Positions 48,245 through 61,980 of a stretch of 64,000 nt of DNA are shown one piece after another. Each line of letters opens with the position of its first letter. Within the stretch, counting starts at the first letter, position 1. A program made the translations under genes and the position numbers. The DNA comes from Rhizobium sp. Q54 (GTDB lineage: Bacteria; Pseudomonadota; Alphaproteobacteria; UBA2966; CAIVPW01): NCBI GenBank assembly GCA_945947575.1, contig CAMEYM010000018.1, forward strand, positions 4,046 through 68,045, written 5' to 3'. The notes under the pieces were generated by a model, which saw only the letters and a list, made by a program, of their open reading frames with translations, ran no database searches and was not told the DNA's origin.

Positions 48245-49012
48245 ATGACGCGACGCAAACAGATCTACGAAGGCAAGGCCAAGGTGCTGTTCGAGGGCCC
48301 CGAGCCCGGCACGCTCGTCCAGTACTTCAAGGATGATGCGAGCGCGAACAACAACCAGAAGAAGGGCACCATCACCGGAAAGGGCGTGCTCAACAACCGC
48401 ATCTCCGAGTACTTGATGACCAAGCTCGGCGAGATCGGCGTGCCGACGCACTTCGTGCGCCGCCTGAACATGCGCGAGCAGTTGATCCGCGAGGTCGAGA
48501 TCATTCCCCTCGAGATCATCGTGCGCAACGTCGCCGCCGGTTCGATTTCCAAGCGCCTCGGCATTCCCGAGGGCACCACTCTGCCGCGCTCGATCGTCGA
48601 GTTCTGCTACAAGGCCGACGAGCTTGGCGACCCGTTCGTCTCGGAAGAGCACATCACCGCGTTCGGCTGGGCGACGCCGCAAGAGCTTGACGAGATCATG
48701 TCGCTCTCGCTGCGCATCAACGACTTCCTGTGCGGACTGTTCCTCGGCGTCGGCATCCGGCTGATCGACTTCAAGCTCGAGTTCGGGCGCTACTACAACC
48801 AGAACGACGAGATGAGTATCATCCTCGCGGACGAGATCAGCCCCGACTCGTGCCGCCTGTGGGACGTGCGCACCAACGACAAGATGGACAAGGATCGCTT
48901 CCGCAAGGACCTCGGCGGCGTCGCCGAGGCCTACCAGGAGGTGGCCCAGCGCCTCGGCATCCTGCCCGAGAGCGGTCCGCGCGACATGCCCGGCCCCAAG
49001 GTGATGCAATAG
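48245..49012 (+). CDS. purC: SAICAR synthetase
   Basis: [32 protein letters not shown]. Confidence 0.97.
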   Translation: MTRRKQIYEGKAKVLFEGPEPGTLVQYFKDDASANNNQKKGTITGKGVLNNRISEYLMTKLGEIGVPTHFVRRLNMREQLIREVEIIPLEIIVRNVAAGSISKRLGIPEGTTLPRSIVEFCYKADELGDPFVSEEHITAFGWATPQELDEIMSLSLRINDFLCGLFLGVGIRLIDFKLEFGRYYNQNDEMSIILADEISPDSCRLWDVRTNDKMDKDRFRKDLGGVAEAYQEVAQRLGILPESGPRDMPGPKVMQ

Positions 49013-49029
49013 CCGCGACGGAGACGTTC

Positions 49030-49272
49030 TTGAAGGCAAGAGTTCACGTGACGCTCAAGCAGGGCGTCCTCGATCCGCAGGGCAAGGCGATCGCCAATGC
49101 CCTCCACGCGCTCGGCTTCGACAGCGTCGAGGGCGTCCGCCAGGGCAAGTTCCTCGAGCTCGACCTGAAGGACACCGACAAGGCGAGCGTGGAGAAGAAC
49201 GTGAAGAGCATGTGCGAGCGCCTGCTCGCCAACACGGTCATCGAGGACTACGCGTTCGAAGTCCTGAAGTAG
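49030..49272 (+). CDS. purS: FGAM synthase subunit PurS
   Basis: VLDPQG, VRQGK, LLANTVIEDY. Confidence 0.95.
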   Translation: MKARVHVTLKQGVLDPQGKAIANALHALGFDSVEGVRQGKFLELDLKDTDKASVEKNVKSMCERLLANTVIEDYAFEVLK

Positions 49273-49290
49273 CCTTGGCGAAGTCCTGAC

Positions 49291-52220
<2,930 letters not shown>

Positions 52221-52236
52221 GGTTTGGGGGCAACCC

Positions 52237-52470
52237 ATGGCGATGAAGGCCGACGAAATCGAGCGCCTGATCAAGGAGGCGTTCCCCGACGCGGTCGTGA
52301 AGATCGACGACCTGCGCGGCGACGGCGACCACTATGCCGCGCGCGTGATCTCGAAGGCCTTCGTGGGCGTGCCGCGGGTGCGGCAGCACCAAATGGTATA
52401 CTCGGCCCTCAAGGGCCGCATGGGCGGCGAGTTGCACGCACTGGCGCTGCAGACCGAAACGCCCAAGTAG
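52237..52470 (+). CDS. BolA-family protein
   Basis: [19 protein letters not shown]. Confidence 0.92.
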   Translation: MAMKADEIERLIKEAFPDAVVKIDDLRGDGDHYAARVISKAFVGVPRVRQHQMVYSALKGRMGGELHALALQTETPK

Positions 52471-52481
52471 GAGGAGAACCG

Positions 52482-52832
52482 ATGAGCGAGACCACAGCCG
52501 GCAATCCGGTCCACGACCGCATTCGCCAGGAGATCAAGGACAACTCCGTCGTCCTGTTCATGAAGGGCACGCCCGCCTTCCCGATGTGCGGGTTCTCCGC
52601 CGCGGTGGTGCAGGTGCTCAACAACATGGGCGTGCAGTACAAGGGCATCGACGTCCTCACCGATCCCGGCCTGCGCCAGGGCATCAAGGAATTCTCGGAC
52701 TGGCCGACGATCCCGCAGCTCTACGTGAAGGGCGAGTTCATCGGCGGCTGCGACATCGTCCGCGAGATGCAGACGTCGGGCGAGCTCAAGACCTTGTTCG
52801 CCGACAAGGGCGTGGCGACCAAAGCCGCGTAG
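52482..52832 (+). CDS. grxD: Monothiol glutaredoxin Grx4
   Basis: [22 protein letters not shown]. Confidence 0.95.
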   Translation: MSETTAGNPVHDRIRQEIKDNSVVLFMKGTPAFPMCGFSAAVVQVLNNMGVQYKGIDVLTDPGLRQGIKEFSDWPTIPQLYVKGEFIGGCDIVREMQTSGELKTLFADKGVATKAA

Positions 52833-52854
52833 CGCGCCAAACACGCTGCGAACG

Positions 52855-52880
52855 AAGGGCGCCCATCGGGCGCCCTTTTC
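52855..52880 (+). terminator. Rho-independent terminator
   Basis: AAGGGCGCCC-ATC-GGGCGCCCTT followed by TT. Confidence 0.75.
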
Positions 52881-52884
52881 GTTT

Positions 52885-54123
52885 CTATTCGGCCGGTTGC
52901 GGCGCGCGCTGCTTCGCGATGAGGAACAGCACGGCCCACGACGCAAAGATGCACACGCCGCCCAGCACGAAGGGCGTGTGGATGTCGAGCACCGCTGCGC
53001 CAACTCCGCCGATCGCGGGCGCCAGAGCGGCACCTAGGGCCATGAGGGAGCCGTTGATGCCGAGCGCGACGCCTTGGCGCTGCGGCGACACCGCGCGGCT
53101 GATGAGCGCGGGCATGTTGGCCATGGTCAGTCCCTGCGGGATGGAGGTGAAGGGGATCAGCGCGATCACCAGCCACCACGTCGGCATGAACGAGAACACC
53201 ACCATGCTGGCCGCGACGGTCAACATGGAGACGCGCAGGATCGCACGCTCCGAGAATCGCGTCGTCAGGACCCGCAGGACGACCAGTTGTGCGAAGGTGA
53301 CGCACAGGCCGACGGCCGCGAACGCCATGCCGACTTGCGCGGCATTGAAGCCGAGCTCGTTCACCAGGAACACGCCGTAGAACGGCGGCAGGAAGCCGAA
53401 CCCCAAGAGGTAGAGGAACGACGCGGCGTAGAGCGTGCGCGTGTCGGCGTCGCGCACGGCGGCGGCGATGTTGCGGGCGCCCTTCCACACCGTGAAGGCC
53501 GTCCGCGCCAGTGCGGCGCGCGTGTTGGTCTCGGGCAGGAACAGCGCAACGAACAGGACATTGAGCGTGCCCAGCGCACCGGCCACCCAGAACGGCATGG
53601 CGGGATCGTCGGTAAACCCGGCGATCCAACCGGACAGCAGCGGCCCCAGGATGAACCCGATGCCGAACGCTGCACCGATCAGACCGAAGTTCTTGGCGCG
53701 GTCCTTCGGCGCCGTGACATCGGCGATGGTCGCCTGGGCAATGGCGGCGTTGCCGGCGGCGATGCCGGCGATCGCCCGTGCGAAGAACAGAAGTGCGAGC
53801 GACTCGATCTCGACGCCGACACCGAAAAGGACCTGCGATGCGGCCAGGACGCCGACACCCACGATCAGCAGGCGCTTGCGTCCGAAGCGATCGGACAGCT
53901 CACCGGCGATGGGTGCGGCGATGAACTGCGTCACGCCCCACAGCGCCATCAGCACCCCCGCCATCAGGAACTGCATGCTCTGCGAGTAGCCGTCGAGCAG
54001 GAACCCCGGCGAGGACGGGTCGGTGAACAGGATCGGGATGATCGGGATCACCATGCCGAACCCGATCATGTCGAGCAGCAGGGTGGCGAACAGCACCGGC
54101 AGAACGCGTGGTTGCGGATTCAT
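52885..54123 (-). CDS. MFS transporter (TetA/DHA1-like)
   Basis: [15 protein letters not shown]...RAKNFG, GFILGP, LPET. Confidence 0.9.
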   Translation of the reverse strand: MNPQPRVLPVLFATLLLDMIGFGMVIPIIPILFTDPSSPGFLLDGYSQSMQFLMAGVLMALWGVTQFIAAPIAGELSDRFGRKRLLIVGVGVLAASQVLFGVGVEIESLALLFFARAIAGIAAGNAAIAQATIADVTAPKDRAKNFGLIGAAFGIGFILGPLLSGWIAGFTDDPAMPFWVAGALGTLNVLFVALFLPETNTRAALARTAFTVWKGARNIAAAVRDADTRTLYAASFLYLLGFGFLPPFYGVFLVNELGFNAAQVGMAFAAVGLCVTFAQLVVLRVLTTRFSERAILRVSMLTVAASMVVFSFMPTWWLVIALIPFTSIPQGLTMANMPALISRAVSPQRQGVALGINGSLMALGAALAPAIGGVGAAVLDIHTPFVLGGVCIFASWAVLFLIAKQRAPQPAE

Positions 54124-54143
54124 CGGCCTCGGAACTCCAAACG

Positions 54144-54173
54144 AAAAGAGCCGCGGGGGCGACCCGCGGCTCT
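54144..54173 (-). terminator. rpsD terminator
   Basis: AGAGCCGCGGG...CCCGCGGCTCT with T-tail on the minus strand. Confidence 0.7.
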
Positions 54174-54198
54174 GTATCTCAACCTTGGTGCGGCGCGA

Positions 54199-54816
54199 CT
54201 AGCGTGAGTAGAACTCGACGACCAGGTGCGGCTGCATCTGCACGGGGTACGGAACCTCGGCGAACGCCGGGATGCGCAGGAAGGTGCCCTTCAGGTTGGC
54301 TTGATCGACCTGGAGGAAGTCCGGCACTTCGCGCTCGCCCGACTGGGCGGCTTCGAGCACGTTGGCGTTCTCGCGCATCTTCGGGGCGACCTCGATCACG
54401 TCACCCGGCTTCAGCATGTAGCCGCCGACGTTGACGCGCTTGCCGTTGACGCGGATGTGGCCGTGGTTGATGAGCTGGCGCGTCGCGAACACGGTCGGCG
54501 CGAACTTCATGCGGTAGACGACCGTCGACAAGCGGCGCTCCAACAGCCCGATCAGGTACTCGGACGTGTCGCCCGGCAGGCGGATCGCCTCGCGGTACAA
54601 GTTGCGGAACTGGCGCTCGCCAATCTCGCCATAGTAGGCCTTGAGCTTCTGCTTGGCGGCGAGCTGGTTGCCGTAGTCCGACAAGCGGCGGCGGCGCGCC
54701 TGGCCGTGCTGGCCCGGGCGGTAGTCGCGGCGGTTGATGGCGCTCTTCGGCCGGCCCCACAGGTTAACGCCCAGGGCGCGATTGATCTTGTACTTGGACG
54801 TGGCGCGTTTGGTCAT
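54199..54816 (-). CDS. rpsD: 30S ribosomal protein S4
   Basis: [34 protein letters not shown]. Confidence 0.97.
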   Translation of the reverse strand: MTKRATSKYKINRALGVNLWGRPKSAINRRDYRPGQHGQARRRRLSDYGNQLAAKQKLKAYYGEIGERQFRNLYREAIRLPGDTSEYLIGLLERRLSTVVYRMKFAPTVFATRQLINHGHIRVNGKRVNVGGYMLKPGDVIEVAPKMRENANVLEAAQSGEREVPDFLQVDQANLKGTFLRIPAFAEVPYPVQMQPHLVVEFYSR

Positions 54817-55036
54817 GTGGTCCTTGGCTGGCGGCGGCCGGGGTCGCGGCCCTTTTCGGGCCGTGGCCTTGGCCACAATAGGTGCTTAAGCGCCCGGAAG
54901 ACCGTGGCCCTCGGGGCGCGGGTACTTAGCCCAGGGGGCCGCGCCTTGTCAAACCAAGGCTGGGTCCCGAAGCCCGCAAGCGGGCCCTTTCGAATTGGCC
55001 CACAGCGCAGGGCGGCCAGGCGTGCTTAGGTGGGAC

Positions 55037-55408
55037 ATGGTCACCTCCAGCGCGACCCTCGGCCTGCTCCGCGAGGCGATCCGCGCCCGCCGCCACGTGC
55101 GGTTCATGGCCAATGGCAACGAGCGCGAGTTCTCGCCCCACGTCCTGGGCACCAAGGATGGCTCCTGGCGGGTTTTCGGCTGGCAGTCCGCCGGAGGTTC
55201 GGGGACCAAGCTGAAGGCAGGGGGCGACTGGCGCTGCTTCGCGCTGGAGAAGGTCACCGCCCTGCGGCTGTCCGAGGACCCCTGGTCGATCGGCGACCCC
55301 ACCGGGGAGTATGGGCTGAGCTGCATCAGCCTGATCGACACCGCCGCCGACCTCGAATACGCCGCCAAGTCCCTGCAACGCACCAAGCGCAGGCCGCACC
55401 AGACCTAG
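55037..55408 (+). CDS. Stand-alone WYL-like domain protein
   Basis: AIRARRHVRF..NG.ER...PHVLG...WQ..GGS...WRCF..EKV..L pattern. Confidence 0.65.
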   Translation: MVTSSATLGLLREAIRARRHVRFMANGNEREFSPHVLGTKDGSWRVFGWQSAGGSGTKLKAGGDWRCFALEKVTALRLSEDPWSIGDPTGEYGLSCISLIDTAADLEYAAKSLQRTKRRPHQT

Positions 55409-56187
55409 GTCCGCTTGCGCTTCGGGCTGCCCTCGGCGAGGGCCTTGATGATGCCGCGCAGGGTGCGCACGTCCTGCTCGCTGAGGCCGGCACGCTGGAA
55501 CATGTTGCGGATGTTGCGCGTCATGCGCTTTGCCTTCTCGCTCGGCCAGAAGAATCCGGCCGCATCGAGTTCGCTTTCGAGGTGCAGGAACATATCCATC
55601 ACCTCCTTGCTCGAGGCCTTGCCGGAGTGACGGCCGCGGCGGCGCACGGGCCCCCGGCTGCCCGGCTGGTCGCCGAGGCAGAACCACTCGTAGCCGATCA
55701 GCAGCACCGCATGGGCGAGGTTGAGCGAAGCGAAGCCCGGATTGGCCGGGATGACGATGACCGCGTCCGAGATGGCGAGGTCATCGTTGTGCAGACCGGT
55801 GCGCTCAGGCCCGAACAGCACGCCGGCTGCTTCGCCCTTGGCGACGTGCTCGCGCAGGCGCTTGGCGCCCTCCTCCGCGGTGAGCACGGTCTTCGCCATG
55901 TCTCGCGGCCGCGCCGAAGCGGCGTAGATGAACTGCAGGTCAGCGATGGCGTCGGCGGTGCTTGCGTAGACTCGCGCGCGTTCGGTGACCGCCTCGGCGC
56001 CCGAGCTCGACGCGATCGCCTTCTCGTTGGGCCACCCTTGGCGTGGCTCGACGAGGCGCAGGTCGGACAGGCCGAAGTTCAGCATGGCGCGCGCGGCGCT
56101 GCCGATGTTCTCGCCGAGCTGCGGCTTCACCAGGACGAACGCCGGTCCGCCGAGCATGAGCGCTTGGGTGCGATCGGTACCGGCCAT
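55405..56187 (-). CDS. trmJ: SpoU/TrmJ-family RNA methyltransferase
   Basis: ENIGSAARAMLNFG, LFGPERTGL, SLNLAHAV, TLRGII. Confidence 0.88.
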   Translation of the reverse strand: MAGTDRTQALMLGGPAFVLVKPQLGENIGSAARAMLNFGLSDLRLVEPRQGWPNEKAIASSSGAEAVTERARVYASTADAIADLQFIYAASARPRDMAKTVLTAEEGAKRLREHVAKGEAAGVLFGPERTGLHNDDLAISDAVIVIPANPGFASLNLAHAVLLIGYEWFCLGDQPGSRGPVRRRGRHSGKASSKEVMDMFLHLESELDAAGFFWPSEKAKRMTRNIRNMFQRAGLSEQDVRTLRGIIKALAEGSPKRKRT

Positions 56188-56189
56188 GG

Positions 56190-57071
56190 CTAGGCCACTT
56201 GGGCCCGCGCGGCGCGGGGCCACGCGTAGAGGGCGAGCGCCACCCAGATGCAGCCGAAGGTCACCATGTCCGCTGTTGCAAACGTCTCGCCGAAATAGGT
56301 CACGGCCAGGATGAATTGAATCGAGGGCGACAGGAACTGCAGGATGCCGATGGTCGCAAGCCGCAAGCGCCGCGACGCCGCAGTGAACCATACCAGCGGC
56401 AACGCGGTGGTGATGCCGGCGAGCACCAGGGCAAGGCTGAGGCCGGCGTTGTCCGGCCCGAACACTCCCGCCGCGCCAGCGTACCAAAGGTAGGCCAGCG
56501 CGAACGGAGCGAGCCATAGCACCTCGATGGTCAGCCCTTCGAGCGACGACGGCTGCGCGATCTTGCGCAAGTAGGAGTACAGGGCGAACGAGCTTGCCAG
56601 CCACAGGGCGATCCATGGCCACTGGCCGAAGGCCACGGCATGGTTGACGACGCCGACCATGGCGAGGCCGACCGCCACCGATTGCGGCCAGCTCAGACGC
56701 TCGCGCAGCAGCGCGATGCCGAGGAGCACCGAGAACAGGGGGCTGATGAAATAGCCGAGGCTCGACTGCAGCACCTGTCCGCGGTTGACCGCGAAGATGA
56801 ACCCAAGCCAGTTGGAAGCGATCAGCAACGCGGTGACCGCCAACAACAGCAGGGCCCTGCGGTCGGCCAGGTGCACCCGCAATAGCTGCGCCCGGTCCTT
56901 GATCCAGCACAGGACCAGCACGATGGCGAGCGACCACAGGGTACGATGGGCGATCACCTCGCCCGGCGGGACGGGCCGAAGTGTGTCATAGAGCAGCGGG
57001 ATGAAGCCCCACACCGCGATGGCGGCGAGCGCATAGGCGACGCCGGCGCGCGCCGAAGACGTCTCGCTCAC
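56190..57071 (-). CDS. rarD: EamA-family permease RarD
   Basis: AHRTLWS, SLGYFISPL, GILQFLSPSIQF. Confidence 0.9.
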   Translation of the reverse strand: MSETSSARAGVAYALAAIAVWGFIPLLYDTLRPVPPGEVIAHRTLWSLAIVLVLCWIKDRAQLLRVHLADRRALLLLAVTALLIASNWLGFIFAVNRGQVLQSSLGYFISPLFSVLLGIALLRERLSWPQSVAVGLAMVGVVNHAVAFGQWPWIALWLASSFALYSYLRKIAQPSSLEGLTIEVLWLAPFALAYLWYAGAAGVFGPDNAGLSLALVLAGITTALPLVWFTAASRRLRLATIGILQFLSPSIQFILAVTYFGETFATADMVTFGCIWVALALYAWPRAARAQVA

Positions 57072-57075
57072 GGGG

Positions 57076-57678
57076 TCAGCGACGGAACTGCTTTTCGAGC
57101 ATGTCGACCACGTTCTCGGCATCGCCGAGATCGCAGTCCGGGGCGCGCTCGGCGCCCACTTCGGACTCCATGCGGCGCAGCATGGGTTCCGTCTCGCGCA
57201 CCGCCATGATGGCGGGATTGAGGAACGTAGTGGCGGCGAACGACAGTCCGTTGTGCGGCGCCAGCATGCGCAGGCCGCCGCGCGCCTCCTCGTAGCTCGC
57301 GTAGAAGCTGATGATGCGCAACACGTAGGACGATGGCAACACGCCGACCTTGTCGACCAGGCGCTCGAACAGCACGGGCGCCGGCGGCATGTTCTCCGCG
57401 ATGAACTCCTCGCCGAGGTCGGCGTGGCGCATGGCCTTGTCGGCGACCAGACGCGCCACCACGGCGACCTTCTCGCGCAGCACGACGATCTCGCCGTAGA
57501 GCGCCGCCAGGATGGCGCGCGTCTCGTTGAGGCGGCGCTCGGCCTCGCGCCGGCGCGTGGCGCGCGCGTTGAGGTTGAGCGAGATCACCAGCAGGAGGAA
57601 GCCGGTGAGGATGGCGATGCCTTCCTGCCAATCCTTCAGGATTGCGAAGAACGCGTCGAACGACGAGAGCGCAGGCAC
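57076..57678 (-). CDS. Hypothetical single-TM protein
   Basis: High GC3 ORF, N-terminal TM followed by a coiled coil, in operon with cimA/rarD. Confidence 0.7.
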   Translation of the reverse strand: MPALSSFDAFFAILKDWQEGIAILTGFLLLVISLNLNARATRRREAERRLNETRAILAALYGEIVVLREKVAVVARLVADKAMRHADLGEEFIAENMPPAPVLFERLVDKVGVLPSSYVLRIISFYASYEEARGGLRMLAPHNGLSFAATTFLNPAIMAVRETEPMLRRMESEVGAERAPDCDLGDAENVVDMLEKQFRR

Positions 57679-57681
57679 GGC

Positions 57682-59301
57682 CTACTCAGCCGCCTTGATC
57701 ACCGCGGCGGGCGCGCCGGAGCGGTAGAGCTTGTAGACGATCGAGTCGAACAGCGCCTGGAACGACGCGTCGATGATGTTGGCGGAGACGCCGACGGTGC
57801 CCCAGCGGTGGCCCTTGGCGTCGCGGCTTTCGATCATGACGCGCGTCACGGCGCCGGTGCCCTGGGTGAGGATGCGCACCTTGAAGTCGACGAGTTCGAG
57901 GTCGGCGAGGTAGGCCGAGTACTTGCCGAGCTCCTGACGCAGCGCGTGGTCGAGGGCGTTGACCGGGCCGTTGCCCTCGCCCACCGACAACAGCGTCTCG
58001 CCGTCGACTACGCTCTTCACCATGGCGTCCGAGGTCGTCACCAGGTCGCCGCGCTGGTTGTAGCGGCGCTCGACGATGACCCGGAAGCTCGCGACATGGA
58101 AATACTCTGGGATACGGCCCAGCGCGCGCAGCGCCATGAGCTCGAAGCTCGCCGGCGCGTCGTCGTAAGAGTAGCCCTGGTGCTCGCGCTCCTTCATGTC
58201 GGTGATGAGACTGGTGAGGCGCGGGTCGTCCGAGGCAACGTCGATGCCGACCTCTTTCAGCCGCAGCACCACGTTCGCCTTGCCAGCCTGATCCGAAACC
58301 AGCACATGGCGCCGGTTGCCGATCGTCTCGGGCGGCACGTGCTCGTAGGTGCGCGGATCCTTGGCAACCGCCGAGCCGTGCAGGCCGCCCTTGTGCGCGA
58401 AGGCGGCAGCGCCGACGTACGGCGCATGGATGTTGGGCGCGCGGTTCAGGCGTTCATCGAGCAGGCGCGACACATGGGTCAGATGCTCCAGGCCGCCGGC
58501 GGTGATGCCGGTCTCGAACTTGTCGGAAAAGCCCTTCTTGAGCAGCAGCGTTGGGATGATCGACACCAGGTTTGCGTTGCCGCAGCGCTCGCCGATGCCG
58601 TTGAGGGTGCCCTGGACTTGGCGCACGCCGGCACGCACCGCCGCGAGGCTGTTGGCGACGGCGTTGTCGGTGTCGTTCTGCGCGTGGACGCCGAGCCGGT
58701 CGCCCGGAATGTGCTTGGCCACTTCCGCCACGATGCGCTCGACCTCGTGCGGCAGGGTGCCGCCGTTGGTGTCGCACAGCACGATCCAGCGCGCGCCCGC
58801 GTCGAGGGCGGCGCGCGCGCAGTCGAGGGTGAACTTCGGATTGGCCTTGTAGCCGTCGAAGAAGTGCTCGGCGTCGAGCATTGCTTCGCGGCCGCGCGCG
58901 ACGGCGGCGGCGATGCTTTCGCCGATGAGCTTGACCGCCTCGTCCAAGGTCGTGCCGAGGGCGAGCTCGATCTGCCAGTCCCAAGTCTTGCCTACGAGAC
59001 AGGCGGCGGGCACGTCCGCGTCGAGAACGGCCTTGAGACCGGGGTCGTTGGATGTGCTACGGCCTGGGCGCCGCGTCATGCCGAACGCGGTCATCTTGGC
59101 GCGCTTCAGCTTGGGCGGCGCCGCGAAGAACGCCGTGTCGGTCGGATTGGCACCCGGCCAGCCGCCCTCGACATAGTCGATGCCGATGCCATCGAGCGCT
59201 TCGGCAATGGCGCGCTTGTCCTCGACCGTGAACGCGACGCCCTGGCTCTGGGCGCCGTCGCGCAGGGTCGTGTCGAACAGGTAGAGGCGTTCGCGCTTCA
59301 C
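57682..59301 (-). CDS. cimA: Citramalate synthase
   Basis: DTTLRDGAQ, EGGWPGANP, AEHFFDG, GERCGN, HKGGLH, GPVNALD. Confidence 0.92.
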   Translation of the reverse strand: MKRERLYLFDTTLRDGAQSQGVAFTVEDKRAIAEALDGIGIDYVEGGWPGANPTDTAFFAAPPKLKRAKMTAFGMTRRPGRSTSNDPGLKAVLDADVPAACLVGKTWDWQIELALGTTLDEAVKLIGESIAAAVARGREAMLDAEHFFDGYKANPKFTLDCARAALDAGARWIVLCDTNGGTLPHEVERIVAEVAKHIPGDRLGVHAQNDTDNAVANSLAAVRAGVRQVQGTLNGIGERCGNANLVSIIPTLLLKKGFSDKFETGITAGGLEHLTHVSRLLDERLNRAPNIHAPYVGAAAFAHKGGLHGSAVAKDPRTYEHVPPETIGNRRHVLVSDQAGKANVVLRLKEVGIDVASDDPRLTSLITDMKEREHQGYSYDDAPASFELMALRALGRIPEYFHVASFRVIVERRYNQRGDLVTTSDAMVKSVVDGETLLSVGEGNGPVNALDHALRQELGKYSAYLADLELVDFKVRILTQGTGAVTRVMIESRDAKGHRWGTVGVSANIIDASFQALFDSIVYKLYRSGAPAAVIKAAE

Positions 59302-60635
59302 GCGCGCCTCCACATAGTTCCCTTTGCCGAGTCCTCGAGCACGATCTTTCTGGCTTCCAGTACCGCGCGGATGCGATCCGCCTCGGCAAAATTGCGAGCC
59401 TTCTTGGCCGCGGTGCGCTGGGCGATGAGCGCGTCGATGTCGGCATCTCCGGCCCCTGCGGGCCCACGAAACCACGCCTCGGCGCCTTTGGCGAGGACCC
59501 CCATGACGCCCGCCGACGCCTTGAGTGCCGCCCGGGCGCCCACGTCGCCCGCCAGGCCCCGGTCGGCCAGGCCGTGCAGGCGCGCGATCGCCTGGGGCGT
59601 GTTGAGGTCGTCGTCGAGGGCGGCGAGGAACTCGGAGTCCGGTTGGCCCGCCGCGGCATCGCCGGCAGCGCGATACCACCGGTCGAGCGCCTTCTTGGAT
59701 TGCTCGATGACCTCGTCGGTCCAGTCGAGCCCCTGGCGATAGTGCGCCGATAGCAGCGTGAGGCGGATCGTCTCGCCGTCATGGGCCTTGAGCAGGTCGT
59801 TGGCGAGGACGATGTTGCCGACCGACTTCGCCATCTTCTCGCCGCGCACGGTGATGAAGCCGTTGTGCACCCAATACTGCGCCAGCGGCGCGCCGTCGTG
59901 CGCGCACCGGCTCTGGGCGATCTCGTTCTCGTGGTGCGGGAAGATCAGGTCCTGGCCGCCGCCGTGGATGTCGAACGTGCGGCCGAGATACTTCTCCGCC
60001 ATCGCCGAGCATTCGATGTGCCAGCCCGGGCGGCCGCGGCCCCAGGGGCTGGTCCAACCCGGCTGCTCCGGCGTCGAGGGCTTCCACAGCACGAAGTCTG
60101 CCGGGTCGCGCTTGTACGACGCGACCTCGACGCGCGCCCCGGCGATCATGCCATCGCGGTCCTGGCGCGACAGCGCGCCGTAGTTCGGATCCGACGGCAC
60201 ATGGAACAACACGGTGCCCTCGGAATCGTAGGCGTGGCCGTTGGCAACCAGCGTCTCGATCATCGCGATCATTTCGCCGATGTGCTGGGTGGCGCGCGGC
60301 TGCATGGTCGGCGGCAGCACGCCGAGCGCGGTCATGTGCTCCTGGTACGCAGCCGCAGTGCGCGCGGTGAGATTGTCGATCGACTCGCCATTGCGCTTGG
60401 CGGCATCGATGATCTTGTCATCGACGTCGGTGATGTTGCGCACGTAAGTGACGCGCGGGTAGTGCTGTTTCAGGACGCGGAACAGCAGGTCGAACACCAC
60501 CGCCATGCGCGCGTTGCCTATGTGGGCGAAGTCCCACACCGTCGGGCCGCACGCGTACATGCCGACCGCGCCCGGCTGCATGGGCCGGAACGGCTCTTTC
60601 TGATGGCTCAGGGTGTTGTAGAGAACGAGCGCCAC
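59298..60635 (-). CDS. cysS: Cysteine--tRNA ligase
   Basis: CGPTV, HIGN, GRPGWHIEC, FPHHENE, KMAKS. Confidence 0.97.
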   Translation of the reverse strand: MALVLYNTLSHQKEPFRPMQPGAVGMYACGPTVWDFAHIGNARMAVVFDLLFRVLKQHYPRVTYVRNITDVDDKIIDAAKRNGESIDNLTARTAAAYQEHMTALGVLPPTMQPRATQHIGEMIAMIETLVANGHAYDSEGTVLFHVPSDPNYGALSRQDRDGMIAGARVEVASYKRDPADFVLWKPSTPEQPGWTSPWGRGRPGWHIECSAMAEKYLGRTFDIHGGGQDLIFPHHENEIAQSRCAHDGAPLAQYWVHNGFITVRGEKMAKSVGNIVLANDLLKAHDGETIRLTLLSAHYRQGLDWTDEVIEQSKKALDRWYRAAGDAAAGQPDSEFLAALDDDLNTPQAIARLHGLADRGLAGDVGARAALKASAGVMGVLAKGAEAWFRGPAGAGDADIDALIAQRTAAKKARNFAEADRIRAVLEARKIVLEDSAKGTMWRRA

Positions 60636-60636
60636 G

Positions 60637-61980
60637 TCACGTCCCTCGGCTCAGCCGGGCGAGCGCACGGGTGCGCCCGATCAAGGGCAAGAGCATCTTC
60701 ATTTCCGGGCCCGTGTCGCGCCCCGTCAACGCCACCCGCAGCGGGTGGAACAGCGCGCGGCCCTTGGTTCCGGTAGCACCGGCAACCGCGCCGGTCCAGG
60801 CCGACCAGGTGGCGTCGGTCCACGGCTCGGGCGGCAGCAGCGTGGCGGCCTTGGCGACGAAGGCCGGGTCCTCGATCGGGCCTGGCAGATCCGGCTCGGT
60901 CACCACCTGGGCCCACTCGCGCGCGCCGGCAAGAGTCGTGAGATTGCCGCGCACGGCCAGCCAGAACGCCTCCGGATGCGGGACTCCCAGTTCTTCGATA
61001 TATGCGCGCACAGCGGCGTAGGGCAGCTGGTGCAAAACCTTGGCGTTGAGGGCCCGCAGCTCATCCGGGTCGAAGTGCGCCGGCGCGCGGCCGAAGCGGG
61101 TCAGGTCGAAGCCGGCGATCAGGTCCGTCAAGCTCGCGCGCGGCTCGACTGGGTCGGCGCTGCCGAGGCGCGCCAGCAGGCTGGCGATCGCCAGCGGCTC
61201 GATGCCTTCGTCGCGCAAGTCCTCTAGGCCCAGGGCGCCGAGTCGCTTGGACAGCTTCTCGCCTTCCTTGCCGACCAGCAGCGCGAAGTGCGCGAAGATC
61301 GGTGGCGCCGCGCCGAGAGCGCGAAACAACTGGATCTGCGGCACCGTGTTCATCAGGTGCTCGTCGCCACGGATGACGTGAGTGATGCCGAAGTCCACGT
61401 CGTCCACCACGGAGGTGAAGACGTAGAGCGGCGTGCCGTCCTCGCGCACTAGGACCGGGTCGCTGAGGGTGGACGCCTGGATCGACATGTCGCCGTGGAT
61501 GATGTCGCGCCACGCGACATCCTCGGCATCCAGCCGGAAGCGCCAATGGGGCTTGCGGCCTTCCGCCGCCAACGCGGCGCGCTGGGCATCGCTGAGGCGC
61601 AGAGCGGCGCGGTCGTAGACAGGCGGACGTCCGGCGTTGAGTTGCGCCTTGCGCTTGAGCGAGAGCTCCTCCGGAGTCTCGTAGGCCGCATAGACGCGGC
61701 CGACGGCCCTGAGCGCCTCCAGCACCTCAGCGTAGCGCGCGAGACGTTCGGATTGGCGGGCGCGCCGGTCCCAGGCGAGACCCAGCCAGCGCAGGTCGAT
61801 CTCGATACCGGCGACGAACTCCTCGCGCGAGCGCTCGGCGTCGGTGTCGTCGTGGCGCAGCAGGAAGGTGCCGCCGTGGTGGCGGGCGAACAACCAGTTG
61901 AGCACCGCGGGGCGCGCGTTGCCCATGTGCAGGCGCCCCGTCGGCGACGGCGCGAAGCGAACGGCGACGGGCGCTTTCAC
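60637..61980 (-). CDS. gltX: Glutamate--tRNA ligase
   Basis: [23 protein letters not shown]. Confidence 0.93.
   Translation of the reverse strand: MKAPVAVRFAPSPTGRLHMGNARPAVLNWLFARHHGGTFLLRHDDTDAERSREEFVAGIEIDLRWLGLAWDRRARQSERLARYAEVLEALRAVGRVYAAYETPEELSLKRKAQLNAGRPPVYDRAALRLSDAQRAALAAEGRKPHWRFRLDAEDVAWRDIIHGDMSIQASTLSDPVLVREDGTPLYVFTSVVDDVDFGITHVIRGDEHLMNTVPQIQLFRALGAAPPIFAHFALLVGKEGEKLSKRLGALGLEDLRDEGIEPLAIASLLARLGSADPVEPRASLTDLIAGFDLTRFGRAPAHFDPDELRALNAKVLHQLPYAAVRAYIEELGVPHPEAFWLAVRGNLTTLAGAREWAQVVTEPDLPGPIEDPAFVAKAATLLPPEPWTDATWSAWTGAVAGATGTKGRALFHPLRVALTGRDTGPEMKMLLPLIGRTRALARLSRGT

Noticed and set aside
52885-54123. Acquired tetracycline resistance gene
   Set aside because: Generic DHA1 MFS motifs, no adjacent tetR or mobile element.
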